From the NCBI GenBank assembly GCA_026914245.1, contig CP110440.1, forward strand, positions 2,914,001-2,978,000: a stretch of DNA of 64,000 nucleotides, in the 5' to 3' direction. Shown one piece after another: positions 24,597 to 36,557 of this stretch (position 1 is the first letter of the stretch; each line of letters starts with the position of its first letter). The translations under genes and the position numbers were made by a program. Source of the stretch: Puccinia triticina (lineage: Eukaryota). The notes below the pieces were generated by a model. It saw only the letters and a program-made list of their open reading frames with translations. It ran no database searches and was not told the DNA's origin.

Positions 24597-26659
24597 TATT
24601 CTAAGTGCAACTTGCCCCTGCAGGGTTGGATTGAAAGGCAAAGCCAAGTCAGCTTTCATTCTCTCCGCTGTCTCACATCCACGCAGTCTCCACCACCATG
24701 AGGCTAAGGAGCACCCTATCCAAGATTGGATTGATTTGGTAACCAAACATTGTAAGTCTCTCTTTTTCTTATAATATATTCTTGCTCAACTCTAGCCCCC
24801 TCTCTCTTTACTTGTAGACCCAGAGCTTTTTGTGCTCTCAAAGCAATACCTGGAGGTATCCCTTTTCATTCAGGTAGATACTCTCTTGTCACCGCTGGCT
24901 GATCTACATCCCGCCAAGGCCCTCTTCCTGCGGGTTGCCAAGGGGTTCATTGATCCCGGGCCTGCCGGGAAGAACAGGATTTCCCACGTCTTCTCTGTGG
25001 CAATGATGGTTGCCGCTGCCAAAACCCCTCTTGAATGCCTTCCGGAGACTTTATTGAGCTAATTTGAGGGAAACTGTTCCACGTGTTTGGTCAATGGTCT
25101 CCGTGGACCAAGCCCTGAAAGTTCTGCCTAGGCAATCTGAAGGGCTTGCTTTGCCAGCGCTAACCTGCTTTTTGGTTGGTGGCGTCCCCGGTATCTGTCC
25201 TCCCTCTGCTGCATCACAGCATATCCACTTTCTTGCCTTAACCAGCTTGGTTCCCGCAGGCAAGTCTCCTTTTCTTAGCTTCCTCCATTGGTAATTGGGT
25301 CAAACCTTGACTTCTTTAACTAGATGGAGATTCCTTCTGGCGCGGCACTTTCAACTACATTTCCGAGCTTGTCAGAAAGAACCTAAGTGAAGGCTTGCAC
25401 GAGGTTGACAAGGTTTCCCTTGCAACTTTCTTTGCCACTGGAGCTCTAGCAACAAGCCGGTCCCATGGATCAAGCCTTGAAAGCGCAAGGGTGCACCTCT
25501 TCCTGAAATTGACCTCAATAGAATCTGAATTTGTTGCTCTTTGATCTGTGTTGGAGTGCAGGCGGAAAATTCAGGAAGACAAGATTGTAACATAGTTCAT
25601 GTACTCAGTCTAAACCTAACGGGTGTTACTCCGGGGGATTCACCTGGTTAGGTTGGGTAGTGACTATTTAGCCTGGATCTTCCTGCACCTGCCTCCAATC
25701 TCTTTTCCTCACCAAGATTGGAGACAGGATCACCAGCGCCAACAGCTGACGCAATGGGACTGTTGTTTCCAGGTTATTAGGAGTCTTTTTATTTTATCTT
25801 CATGCAATCAAAGCCAAGATTGTAGACAGGGACAGCGCCAACAGCTGACGTGACAGGACTGTTTTGTCCAGTTTCCCATTTGCCAAAACCACATGTGGCA
25901 TCTTATAATCTTCTCCCATTTTTTGTTTCCCTCATGTATTCCCTTTTCCACATTTCAATCTTCAAAATAATCCTGGAACTTTGTAACTTATTCATTCACA
26001 TTCCTTCACAATAATAAGTTCTACTTTGTTATCTTCATAGGATAAATTAGACTCACTGGGATATAGTGGATTTTTGAAGGAAGTGAGCAAGATGATTAGG
26101 AGTGAGTTGAGTTTGTCAAGTTTAATTAATCTTGAACTTGTAGTTTGAGATTAGATTTGCATTTGGTGGTATACAAGGATGATGGAACAGTAATGGGAGT
26201 TTTTGAGAAATACTTACCTCTATCACAAAAGTGTAACATGTTGATGAGCAAAGGGCCATCAGGTTTAAACGGACAAGCCACCTCTTGTTTGGTGGAGCTC
26301 TCAAGCAAAAGTACAACAGATACCACAAAATGTCAAAAAAAAGTAAAATGACCATGGGAAGTTGAAATGCAAGAAACTAAAAAATTACCATTCACTTTTA
26401 ATATGGTTCAACCTGAGAAGTGATTCTATGGATATAGCTGAGTGTATCCACCTCAAGAGATATGAGCAATGCTCCAAGAAGCCCCTCCAGCAAACGGCAA
26501 AGGGGCCTTGCAGCAAACTGTTATGGCCTGGTATTATACCTCTCCGGGGGAGAGTTGATGCCCGCTTCAATTGTGTAGTCAGGTGGTACCTTTTTTTCCT
26601 TCCCCGGGGTTTTTACACAAACCACATATAGGTCACTGCTAGAGCAGTGATGAAAGAAC

Positions 26660-28252
26660 TGATGAAATGCTGAACTTGATTTCACTTTCAGATCCAACAA
26701 ACTCCAAACGGTCACAACAGGACCCAGAAATAATTGCACACCCAATTAATGCTAAAAACCAACTCCTAAGCCAAATCATCCAAAACAAACAACAAGGTGA
26801 GTTCAATGAAGCAAAACACAACCATTTCTCTTGCTACTGTACATTAAACAGATAAAAATAGTGCTGCAACTTAACTCATATTTCTCCAATTGATGGCTCA
26901 TCACCAAAGGACCAAAGTAAGGGATCAAACTCATACAACATGAACAGAAAACAACAAGACAAGAACAAGCCAATTCTTTGCCTCATGCATCAACATGAAT
27001 AGATCCTATCATCCTGGAAGCACACACCTAAAAGTATCCACAACCATTGGCATTACCAACTCCAAAACCCAACTGCATCCATCATCAGGCCCCTCAATCG
27101 ACAGAGCAGAAACTAGACGAAATCACCAGAAAATTAGAACAATTAGAACCTGCAGGAAAACTCTCACTGCAGGAAAATCAGCCCCTCCTCACCTCACAGG
27201 AGCAGCCCCTGGGCAACAGTACACCCCTTCACCAAGGAACAAACCAGACTTCAAGTGCTTTCACTGCTTTCAGAATAAAACCATGGAAGCAGATCATGCT
27301 CTCTCTTAAAATATGATGTGGATTCAGATTAGTAATCAGGGATGGAAACAGACACAAATTTCCAGACAACACACCTATTCCTTGGGATATCAGTAGACCT
27401 ATCAAACCTATAGTGGACCAATTCTCTAAGGACTCTGCTAGGCCCACCACCATCTCCTCATTTGGCCAACTTGAACACTCATCCAGGACTCTCCAACTGT
27501 ATATGAAGTGGACATTGGGAAAAGGTCTAGATCAACCCAGGACCCAGAGGATGGACCTACTAGTGGAAAAAGGACCAGGAATGAGAAAGAAAGCCTCATG
27601 GATATGGACCAGGATGACTTGATCGAATTGGGCACCTCACCTTCCCAAGCTCCTCCTCCTAAAACTAGCCCAGCTCAACCTTTGGCTTTCAGAACATGAG
27701 TATTTATTATTAGTGTGGGTCATCACCATCAGATAAGGAGCCCTGGCCTTCAAGGAATCTAGATGAAAGAGGACTACTCAAACATACTTATGGACAGCCT
27801 TACACCATCCCAGTTATTCTCCATGAACCTTGGCAACAGAAACCTATTCCAATCTCTGGCCCCATCAAGGATCAAGTCATTGAATTAGTAAGGGAAAGAC
27901 TTAGGACTGGCCTCTATGAACAATCTTTATCCAGCTACTCCAGCCCCATTTTGTGTGTCAAGAATCAAGAAAGTTGAGGATAGTCCATGATTTCCAGAAA
28001 CTCAACAAAGTCACTATCAAGGATGCAGGCTCACCACCATCACCAGAGGAACAAACTCATTGACTCTTTCACTGGAAGGGCTTGTGTGGACTAGGAGACA
28101 TTATTGGAAGATGTGATGAAAGGGAGTTAGCACCAGAATACAGGCCTCTCACCACCTTCAAAACACCTATAGGAAGATTCTAACTCACCAGACTACCTCA
28201 ATGAGCCATCAATTCAGTTGCAGTTTACCAGGTTCAAATGATGTGGATAATT
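26660..28252 (+). pseudogene. Ty3/Gypsy gag-pol remnant with internal deletions
   Basis: Knuckle-like FKCFHCFQ (~27250). RT N-part RERLRTGLYEQSLSSYSSP...LRIVHDFQKLNKVTIKDAG...RPLTTFKTPIGRF.LTRLPQ...NSVAVYQ (27890-28250). Confidence 0.85.
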
Positions 28253-28441
28253 GAGGTCACCAAGTGGACCTGGGTACCCGCAGTGTTTTTTGTGACATTC
28301 AGACACCCGTGCCTGTGCGCGCAGGGCGCAAAAGGATGCGCGCTAAGCTGTGCTACAGCGCTTTTTTGCGGCCAAAAGGCTTTTTTTCCGCTACAAGCGC
28401 CTTAGCACAACATAGCGTAGCGGAGCATTAACACCACCATG
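28253..28441. repeat. hAT-like terminal fragment truncating the Ty3 RT
   Basis: CpG-rich GCGCTA/TAGCG repeats ending GCATTAACACCACCATG. Same style as 20420-20662. Confidence 0.5.
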
Positions 28442-29271
28442 GCTAGACAAGATGTTGAGCTGCAAGACCTGGGCTTGGAGCTTGCTCCAGGAATTTGTAT
28501 TGTTGCTTGCTCAGTATTGTTTGTGTGCTCAAAGTTAGTTGCTGGATGATTTGATGTTTCCTCTCTACAGCAAAGACATGGGCTGGAGTACCAAAACCTG
28601 CATGATCATGCCAGCTGAAGGTAGGTTCCAGCTCTATGGAAAACCCAAATCAGCCATTGCTTATCATATATACACATACTCATTGTCACACCTTGCCTGT
28701 GGCCGCTAAGATAGTGGTTTGCAATGCTCTTTTCAGTGCGCACTGTGTGTAAGCATTTCACCCCTTCTTTCAAAGGGAAAGTGCAGTGAAACCCAGGTGC
28801 ATCTCTAGCCCCACGACACCATCACATCTATCCTCCCTACTAGACCGTGGTGGATGTCAAGTGTGATGTGATGGCTTTCAAAGTACTTGATAATGTATTT
28901 TTCCTTCAACTGTTTCCTGTGCTGGGCAGCAAAGTGCCCATGTACTTGTCCAGTCCCAACTGAAGAACCTAGATTTTGATTGCTAAAGACACAAGGCCAG
29001 AACAACAAAGAGGTTAGAAGAGAGATAAAAAAGAAGAGATGAAATGACAGCATACCCAAGATTGATTTGAAGTGGACAAGCAGACAACCAGATAGAAAAA
29101 GAGGACAGGAGAACAAAGAGACAAAGGACGGAAGAAGAAGTGTTAGTGATTGACCAACAACCGAGGAGATGAGCGCCAAGTTCATTTCTCACCAAGTTGA
29201 ACACAAGTCATTTGTTGTTGAAAGTTGGCTGTTGATTGACCGCAAGACAGATTAGTAGGTTGACAATGATT

Positions 29272-29672
29272 TGTTAGATTTCTAGTCACTCTCAGCCTGA
29301 AAGTATTTTATTAACTAGTTATAAATGGTATTATCATAAAAATTATCATAGTTTATTATATTAAGACTTGTAGCTCTTGATGTTTAGACGTGTAGATCTA
29401 GCAAATTTATTTACTGTTTGAGACATGTAGCTTCTCAAGTGTTAAGACATGTAGTTCTTTTCTCAAGTTGTATTGTAGCTGTCACAAGTGTGACATGTTA
29501 TTCTAGTTTAAGTAGTACTCTGATGTCATAGTAATAAATTCATCGAGTCAGAGCATTATTTCTTGTTGACCACCTCAAGATTCATCAAGATAAATAAAGT
29601 CCCAAGGGCTCCTCTTTCAAAATTTCTTCTCCATCCTCCTCTCAATCCGACGACGGGTCTTTAAATCTAACA
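29272..29672 (+). mobile_element. Solo LTR (401 bp)
   Basis: Perfect 10-bp inverted ends TGTTAGATTT / AAATCTAACA and a perfect 5-bp TSD TGATT. Confidence 0.93.
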
Positions 29673-30399
29673 TGATTGACCGCAAGGAATTGGAGAGTTT
29701 ATTGGCGAAGTGGAGGAGAGGATGATGGGAAGGAAGATCTGAAGAAAGAGACGGAAGGAGTGGTGATGGAGTGGATGATGATTATGGTTTTGAGATTGAG
29801 GATCGGATGAGAGAGTGGGGAAAAAGCGGGAAGAGTTGAGTGATTGGGGGGATTAGGTTTTTGTTGATGATAATGGTTTTGGGGCTTGAGATTTGGAGGG
29901 CTTGAGGTCTTCAGGGCTTGAGATCCGCAGCTGTCCTAGCACTGACAAGATTCAACACTAACCCCAGTATTCCATTCAAGACAGATCAGTATTGGTTGTA
30001 TGCCAATTCTGGACACGCAAGTAGAACTGTCAGCAAGAGGTGAAGTGGTCAGTATCTGGGAGATGAGGGGAAGATTTACTGACCAACAGTCTGGCTTCCA
30101 ATTGGGATGTACTGTGCACCCGCTGGCATAACCCTTTTGGTTGGGATACACCGGCAAACGTGGTTCTGTATGTTGATAGGTACTGCGTTGGTGTACAAGC
30201 AAGAATTGTTTAGACAAACAAATCCCCTGTCTTCTTGTTGCTGAAGCTGGATGGGTTCACCTTGATGTTTGTGATTTGGGAATGTCTCCTGACAATTGGT
30301 TCAAAAGTAGATGGTCTTCCCAGTCTGGGAGCAGGATTAGGTGAAATCTGGGTTGATGTTTGATAAGAATGTTGTGGTAAAAAGCTAAAAGGGCTAAAC

Positions 30400-31025
30400 A
30401 CAGAGTCAGTGGTGGGTTATTTGGTGTGATGGGGGAGGAGACTTACTGGGTGTGGTAGTAGTTGTTATTTATGTTCAGTTCTTGGATATGTATAGTATGT
30501 AGTATGTAGGGTTTATGTTGGAGCTTGACAGCAAAGTCAGAGGTGGTTTATCTGACTTGTTGAAGGAGGGGGAGGAGACTTACTGGGTAGGGCAAAAGTG
30601 GTCCAGGTGGAGTAGCAGGGATGTGGAAAGATCCAGGCAGGAGCGGCAGGGCAGGGGCTTCTTTTATAGCCTGCAGATTGTAGGTTCAACCAGATGGCCC
30701 AGTTGGTCAAACACCAACATTTTATATAGGGAATCCAGTTGAGGAAATGTGTTGGACCAGGTGGCACAGTTGGTCAAATGCTGACATAATAATTCTTTGT
30801 CAAAAGTAGTCCTCTGGTTGAACAGTCCCACTGAGAGCCCTCAACCAGATGGCATGGTTGGAACATAATCAGTGTTTGTCAAAAACAGTCCTCTGGTCAA
30901 ACGGTCCCACTGAGAGCCCTATGGAAGTACAGTTGGTCAAGCACTTCTTGGAGCAAAATTCTGCGGAGTTCCAGGTCATTTCTTTCAAAAGGAAAACAAA
31001 ATGTCAGAAATCAGCTGGTGTATAT
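30400..31025 (-). repeat. LTR-like non-coding segment related to 9884-12618; host of the Copia insertion
   Basis: Reverse complement of ~30872-30905 (CCGTTTGACCAG...TTTTTGACAAACA) matches the repeats at ~11084 and ~11181. Direct repeat at ~30799 and ~30878. Minus-strand TATAAAA near 30665. Confidence 0.45.
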
Positions 31026-31166
31026 TGTTGTAGCGCAGAGGGGCTACACAGTCTGAGCCTTGCTGCAGTCACGGTACCGGCTATACCTCAGACTCTGGTC
31101 CGAGGAGTGAGTGGATCATTATCAATACCAACCTGTTCACACTGTGTCTTTGCCTGGGTGACAATG
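31026..31166 (+). repeat. Copia 5' LTR
   Basis: Direct repeat of 38933-39073, followed by the PBS. Confidence 0.95.
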
Positions 31167-34100
31167 GGTTATGAGCCCTTGACGCCTAATCATTGTTAGA
31201 ACTCAGATCATTTCCCTTGTAGCTACTAATCATAGTTACAATACTCACCGTTTTAACCTTACGGCCTCTCTACTTGACTCTACCATATCTTGGACATTCA
31301 GAAGCGTTGCTTGTCAAGATCAACAACCTTGTTTATTCAGTGAACTAACACTTATCTGTTTGGACAACTCAACAACATCAACTATAGTTGGAACGTTGAA
31401 AGCTATTATTAGCTAGAAAGGCTAGCCAAATTTTGAAAGCAAGACTGTGGCCCGGTCTTGTCTGCTGAGAAGTAGTTGTAGACCTACAACTTGAGTACCC
31501 GACTTCTGTCCAACCTCTTTGACTCCACTCCAACATCTCCTTTTTTTTTTTTTTTTTTCTCCTTCTGTTATCTATATCTCCCAGTCCAAACACCAAATCA
31601 AATTTTGTTTTTCCTTTCTCTCTTATCTCCTTTTGAACATCCAATCACTCTCCAAGAATTCTAACTTTATAAACTCCTCACCTAGATCTCCCATCTAGAA
31701 CCTTGTTTTTCTCTTTCTTGTCTCCCCGAATTCCTTTTTCTCTCCTCCAACGCTCTCCCTTTCAACTCCTTTTCCCTTATCCATATCCCTTCCTTTCCCC
31801 CCTACCTGCAAATGTCTGGCTCCAATGAAAAACAAGACTCAACATCCTCAACGGCAACCAACTGGTAGCTAGACAATCTGTCCCATTGATATTGTCTGAA
31901 CAAAGACATTGCCATCCTGAACCAGCAACTTCTGAATCACCCGCCAAGTCCAGAATCCAGCGGGAATACGGTCCAAGAAAAAAGGAAAACAGCCAATGGA
32001 TTCCGCCAACAAGCAAGACGTTCCCAGGCATACAAATCCTGGTCTGCCAGAATCCAGCAACCGTGCAGCATCAAAATCTGACAATGTTATACTCCCCCCC
32101 ACAGAAGAAACCCGACTTTTGGGGCGGGATGCGCAGAGACAAAAAGAACTGCAAGATTTTGAAGAAGCGGAGTTCCTCCTCAAAGAAAGCAAACTGGTTG
32201 AAGGATTGATCCAATTGGCAAAAAGTCTCTTCAGATTGGAAAACATGTTGCAGGCAGATGGCAAAAACTTCGAAGACTGGTACAGGAATCTGGCCAAGGT
32301 CGGTTGGGCATGTTTGACGAGTGGCAGTTTCTTTTTCAAAAAATGCACCAACACCACCTTTGAGAAGATTGGCAGCATTGACAGATCACTAGTGGCAGAA
32401 ATGCAAAAATTTCACACCTGCTACAAAATGTTCAAGGCGCTTTTTGTCAAATTCAAGACAGCATCATGTGCCGCCCAAATTAATATCTGGTACAAGTTTC
32501 GCAATTTCAAGATTGACCCGGACAGTCACAATGCTGGAATCTCGTCAGGACTGAAGGACTTACTTGGCAAATGGCGCTTGGTTGGCATGAATTTTGGCAC
32601 GGATGCACTGCTGGGTTTCATTGTTCAGGCTGCAGTCATGGAGTTGGGAGAACAGTACAGGTTGACATTCGAACAGCGTGTCAAGGACCTGGTCCAAGCT
32701 GACAAGAGGGGTAATTGCCCTCCCTTTGACTCAATCATGAATGCGCTTGACATCTGCAAGGAACAACATCAAAACCTCACGGAAATGGAATCTGCAGACC
32801 AAATTTTGCATTGACACAACCACCGTTGGCCCTGATCGCCACAGACGTTGCTGACAACACTTTTGATGTCTCAGCCTTCTTGGCAGAGATTGATCAGTCA
32901 GAGTGGGTTGATGCTCTTGACTTCCACGCGCTGACAGAATTGATGTGTTGGCAATGCGGGGGCAACTGTCACTACGCCAGAAATTGTCCGGACAGATCAA
33001 AGGGGCAATCAAACAATCAACAATATGGACAGCCTCTAGGGACTCTGGTCAGCACAGTCTATGGCCAGCTACCCAGCGGTTTTTTGGTTCACTCTGGTCA
33101 ATTCCCAAGGATGAATGCTTGCAAGGTGGTGACACCCCCCACAAGAAATCAAGAACATGCCAGAAGCCTTGCCGACTACTATTGCCCACGGTATCACCAG
33201 GACAGACAGCACAAGAATCAACCCATGCAGACCAAACTGGCAAATCCGATTCCAGAAAGAAGGGAGGTGTCAGCGCCCATTGTGGAAGTCAACAAGTTGC
33301 CGGATGACCTTGATCATTTGGACTTTCACTTGATGGCTTTGGGGGAGGATCCCGTAAGTGATGCTACAGTTTTTGACACAGGTGCTTCCCATGGTTTTAC
33401 GGGTTCTAAGCATCAGTTGCACAATTTCTGCCTACTGTCCACACCTATTGGGGTATCTGTGGCTACCAACAGAGCAGGTGCGCAGATCACCGGATTGGGG
33501 AATTTGAAATTCCAAGCGCCTGACGGGCAAGTCATTATCCTGAGACAGGTTCTTTGTTGTGAGCATGCAAAAGCTACCCTGATATCAATGGCAGCTTTGC
33601 AAAAGGCGAATGCTTTGGTTGCATATGACAATGCAACAGAGACGTTCCACATCTCTCGTTCTAACGGCAACAAGCTATTTTTGTGCGCTTTTGAACCAAA
33701 GAAAAATCAATGGTGCATGCCTTATCCAATGATAAGAGCTAATTCAAACATTGGAGAAACGCTACCCTGCAGCATATTGCTATGAAACACCAAAAAACCT
33801 GTTCCCAAAGGATCATCCTCTTCTTTTGTTCCTGCTTCTCTTCCGCTTCCTGCCACAACTCTCCATCTACTGCTGTTGAATCTCCTACATTGAATGAAAT
33901 GAATACATTGACGTTCTTTTCTTCTGGTTCTGATGAGGTCTTCAGGGAACCGCTGTGCCAAGCCTCAGGTTTTAAATAGAAGCCTGAAACACTGACAAAG
34001 GAAGATCTGAAGCTTTTAAATTTGCATAGGATGTTTGGTCATGCTAGTCTGAGGCATATTAGGAGGATTGTCAAACTTCAACTTGGGCTTGGACTGCCAT

Positions 34101-34280
34101 TGGAAATTTCACCGGGAAAATCCATTGCCTGGTGTGTGCAATCAGCAAAAGCACGCAGCTAAATCCACTGGGTTCGATGTTGCGGCAAGGAACGCCTGGA
34201 CCTTATGGCGGTGGATCTGATGGGTCCCTTTCAAGTTGACTCCGTAGATGGAGGCAAGTATCTGCTGACAATGCGAGATA

Positions 34281-36557
34281 TATGGTGTTGCAAGCCCGTC
34301 TGGGCACTCACCAAAGTTTGGCCAAAAAAAGGCCAAGCGCGCGTGGCCAACGCTAAAGCCCGCTTGGCCGATCCTCAAGCCCACCTGGCACACTCCCAAC
34401 CCCCGCTTGGCATATCGCAAAGTGGGCGGGGTTTGGCACAAAGCCCCGCTGGGCCGATTTCAAGCGAGGGTGCCACGCACGCCAAACGGAGTGCCGGCCA
34501 TCAAGGAGAGAAGTTTCTCTCCTCGATGGTCGGTCTACAAACCGGTCATCGAGAAGGGAAGACTCCCTTCTTGATGATCGATACAAGTATTGCCCACCGC
34601 AAAGGGAGTCTTTCCTCCCCGATGACCAGCCTACAGACCAACCATCGAGAAGGCAAAGCTCCCTTGTCGATGTCCAATGTGCGATGTCAAGAAGGGAGAA
34701 CGTTTCCCCTCCTTGAGGGCACGTTGTCCTTTCCTGTTGAGGCAGAGACGAGGGCTGGCGTCTCATGACCGGCGTGTTGCCATTGGCCCAGAGCTTCTCA
34801 AAATCTGGTATGCACTTACGTGCTCATGAGTGCCCATTCACTCGGCGGCCAGCCTCAACAAAGCTTGCTCATCTGCAGGGCGTGAGCTCAGCAAGCTCAG
34901 GCCTTGCAGAAGATTGGCCCCCCATTCTTCCTCATCCCTCAGACCTCTGGCTCTTTGCCAGCCCGCCGGCTGCCCTGGGGTTGCCCCGCCTGCCGGGCAG
35001 GAGCGCAAAGCGCTTACAAGACGTGTGACCAGGGCTTGATAAAAGCACGCCGAAAAAATTGGGTACGCCCACGCCCACGCCCGTCAAAAAAGGGCGGGTT
35101 GCGGGGCACGCCCGCTTTTTTTTTGGCGTGCAGTGCCCTCACGCCCTTTTTTTGGCAAGGGCGTGGGATACACGCCCATTGATGGGCGTGTATTGGCGCG
35201 GCCAGCCAAGGAGGGGCGTGGATACTCCACACCCTCACATACATGTATTACTATGCCGAGAGGTGTCCCTCTTGGAAAACTAACCAGCTCGCCGAGAGGA
35301 ATGCCTCTTGGCAAGCTGGGACATATATGTATGCCAGCTTGTCAAGAGGGTCCCTCTCGGCGGGCTGGCATACATATTCATATGTACCAGCTGGCCGAGA
35401 GGGATGCCTCTTGGCAAGCTCGCATACAAATACCAGCTCGCCGACGCCAAGAGGCATCCCTCTTGTCGAGCTGGTCATACACTAACAAGCTCGCCAAGAG
35501 GGATACCTCTTGGCGGGCTGGCATAGAGCGGTGGCAAGCGGCGAGCTGGTATACATATACCAGCTCTTTGAGGGGCGGCGAGCTGGTATATGTTACCTGC
35601 TTGCCGCGCTGCCAGCGTAATTGGCTGGGTTGAGGTTATCCCAGTTAAACTGGGACACACTCAACCAATTTAAACTTGGGCAATCTCAACTGATGAAATA
35701 TAAATCCAAGGTACCCCCCTTGGGTTTATATTAAATTGGTTGAGATCAACCAAGTTTAAATTGGTTGAGTGCATCCCAATTAAACTGGGATGACTTCAAC
35801 CCAGCCAAATATGCTGGCAGTGCCAAGAGGGATCCCTCTTGGCAAGCTGGTATATGTTACCTGCTTGCCAAGAGGGATCCCTCTTGGCGAGCTAGTATAC
35901 ATATACCTGCTTGGCGAGAGGCGGCAAGCAGGTACACATATGCCTACTTGGCGATGGCCGCCCGGTCAAAGAGGGCAGGACTCCGGGAGCCCTGCCCTCT
36001 GCGACTGGGAGGGCACGGGTATGTACTATGTACATAGTACATATAAGGGCGTGGAGGATCCACACCCATCCACGCCCCTCCTTGGCTGGCCACGCCAATA
36101 CGCGCCCATCGATGGGCGTGTATCCCACGCGCTTGCCAGACAACGGGCGTGAGGGCGCTGCACTCTGAAAAAAAGCGGGGGTCCAATTTTTTTGGCGTGC
36201 GTTGGTCAAGCCCCGGTTACACATCTTGCAAGGCGCTTCACGCTCCTGCCCGGCAGGCAAACTTGTGTAAATTTGGGGCAACCCCAGGGCAGCCGGCGGG
36301 CTGGCAAAGAGCCAAAGGTATGAGGGATGGGGAAGAATGGGGGGCTGATCTTCTGCAAGGCCTGAGCTTGCTGAGCTCACGCCCTGAGCTGCGCACAGAT
36401 GAGCACTGAGACAAGAGGGTTGAGGATTTGCTGAGTGTTTGTCACAAATCCATAATCTTTGTTCTCTGAAAACATCCGTGCTGGATGCAGTTTGTAGAGC
36501 CCGCAGGAGCTGTCCTGATGTCACCCAACGTCGGGTGACAATTTAATTTTCCTGGTG
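34281..36557. mobile_element. Composite non-coding foldback DNA-transposon insertion in the Copia integrase
   Basis: GC/CpG-rich block interrupting integrase after MRDI. Inverted arms of ~380 bp (~34866-35248, ~36038-36405). Palindromic units such as GCCAAGAGGGATCCCTCTTGGC. Right end GTGACAATTTAATTTTCCTGGTG resembles the TIR of 53028-54274. Confidence 0.85.
35607..35822. mobile_element. CACTG-type MITE (216 bp, whole-length hairpin)
   Basis: Ends CGCTGCCAGC / GCTGGCAGTG with 3-bp TSD CCG/CCA. Removing it restores the host repeat unit TTACCTGCTTGCCAAGAGGGATCC. Confidence 0.88.

Noticed and set aside
24620..26600. Possible LTR and coding fragments, including a ~50-bp direct repeat near 25717/25818
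   Set aside because: No confident termini, TSD or protein motif could be identified.
31194..31377. Possible solo LTR (TGTTAG...CAACA) in the Copia leader
   Set aside because: No candidate end gives a matching TSD. More simply explained as 5' UTR.
35255..35950. CRISPR-like or coding interpretation of the GCCAAGAGGGATCCCTCTTGGC units and overlapping ORFs
   Set aside because: These are internal repeats of a foldback element. ORFs on both strands are by-products of GC-rich palindromic DNA.
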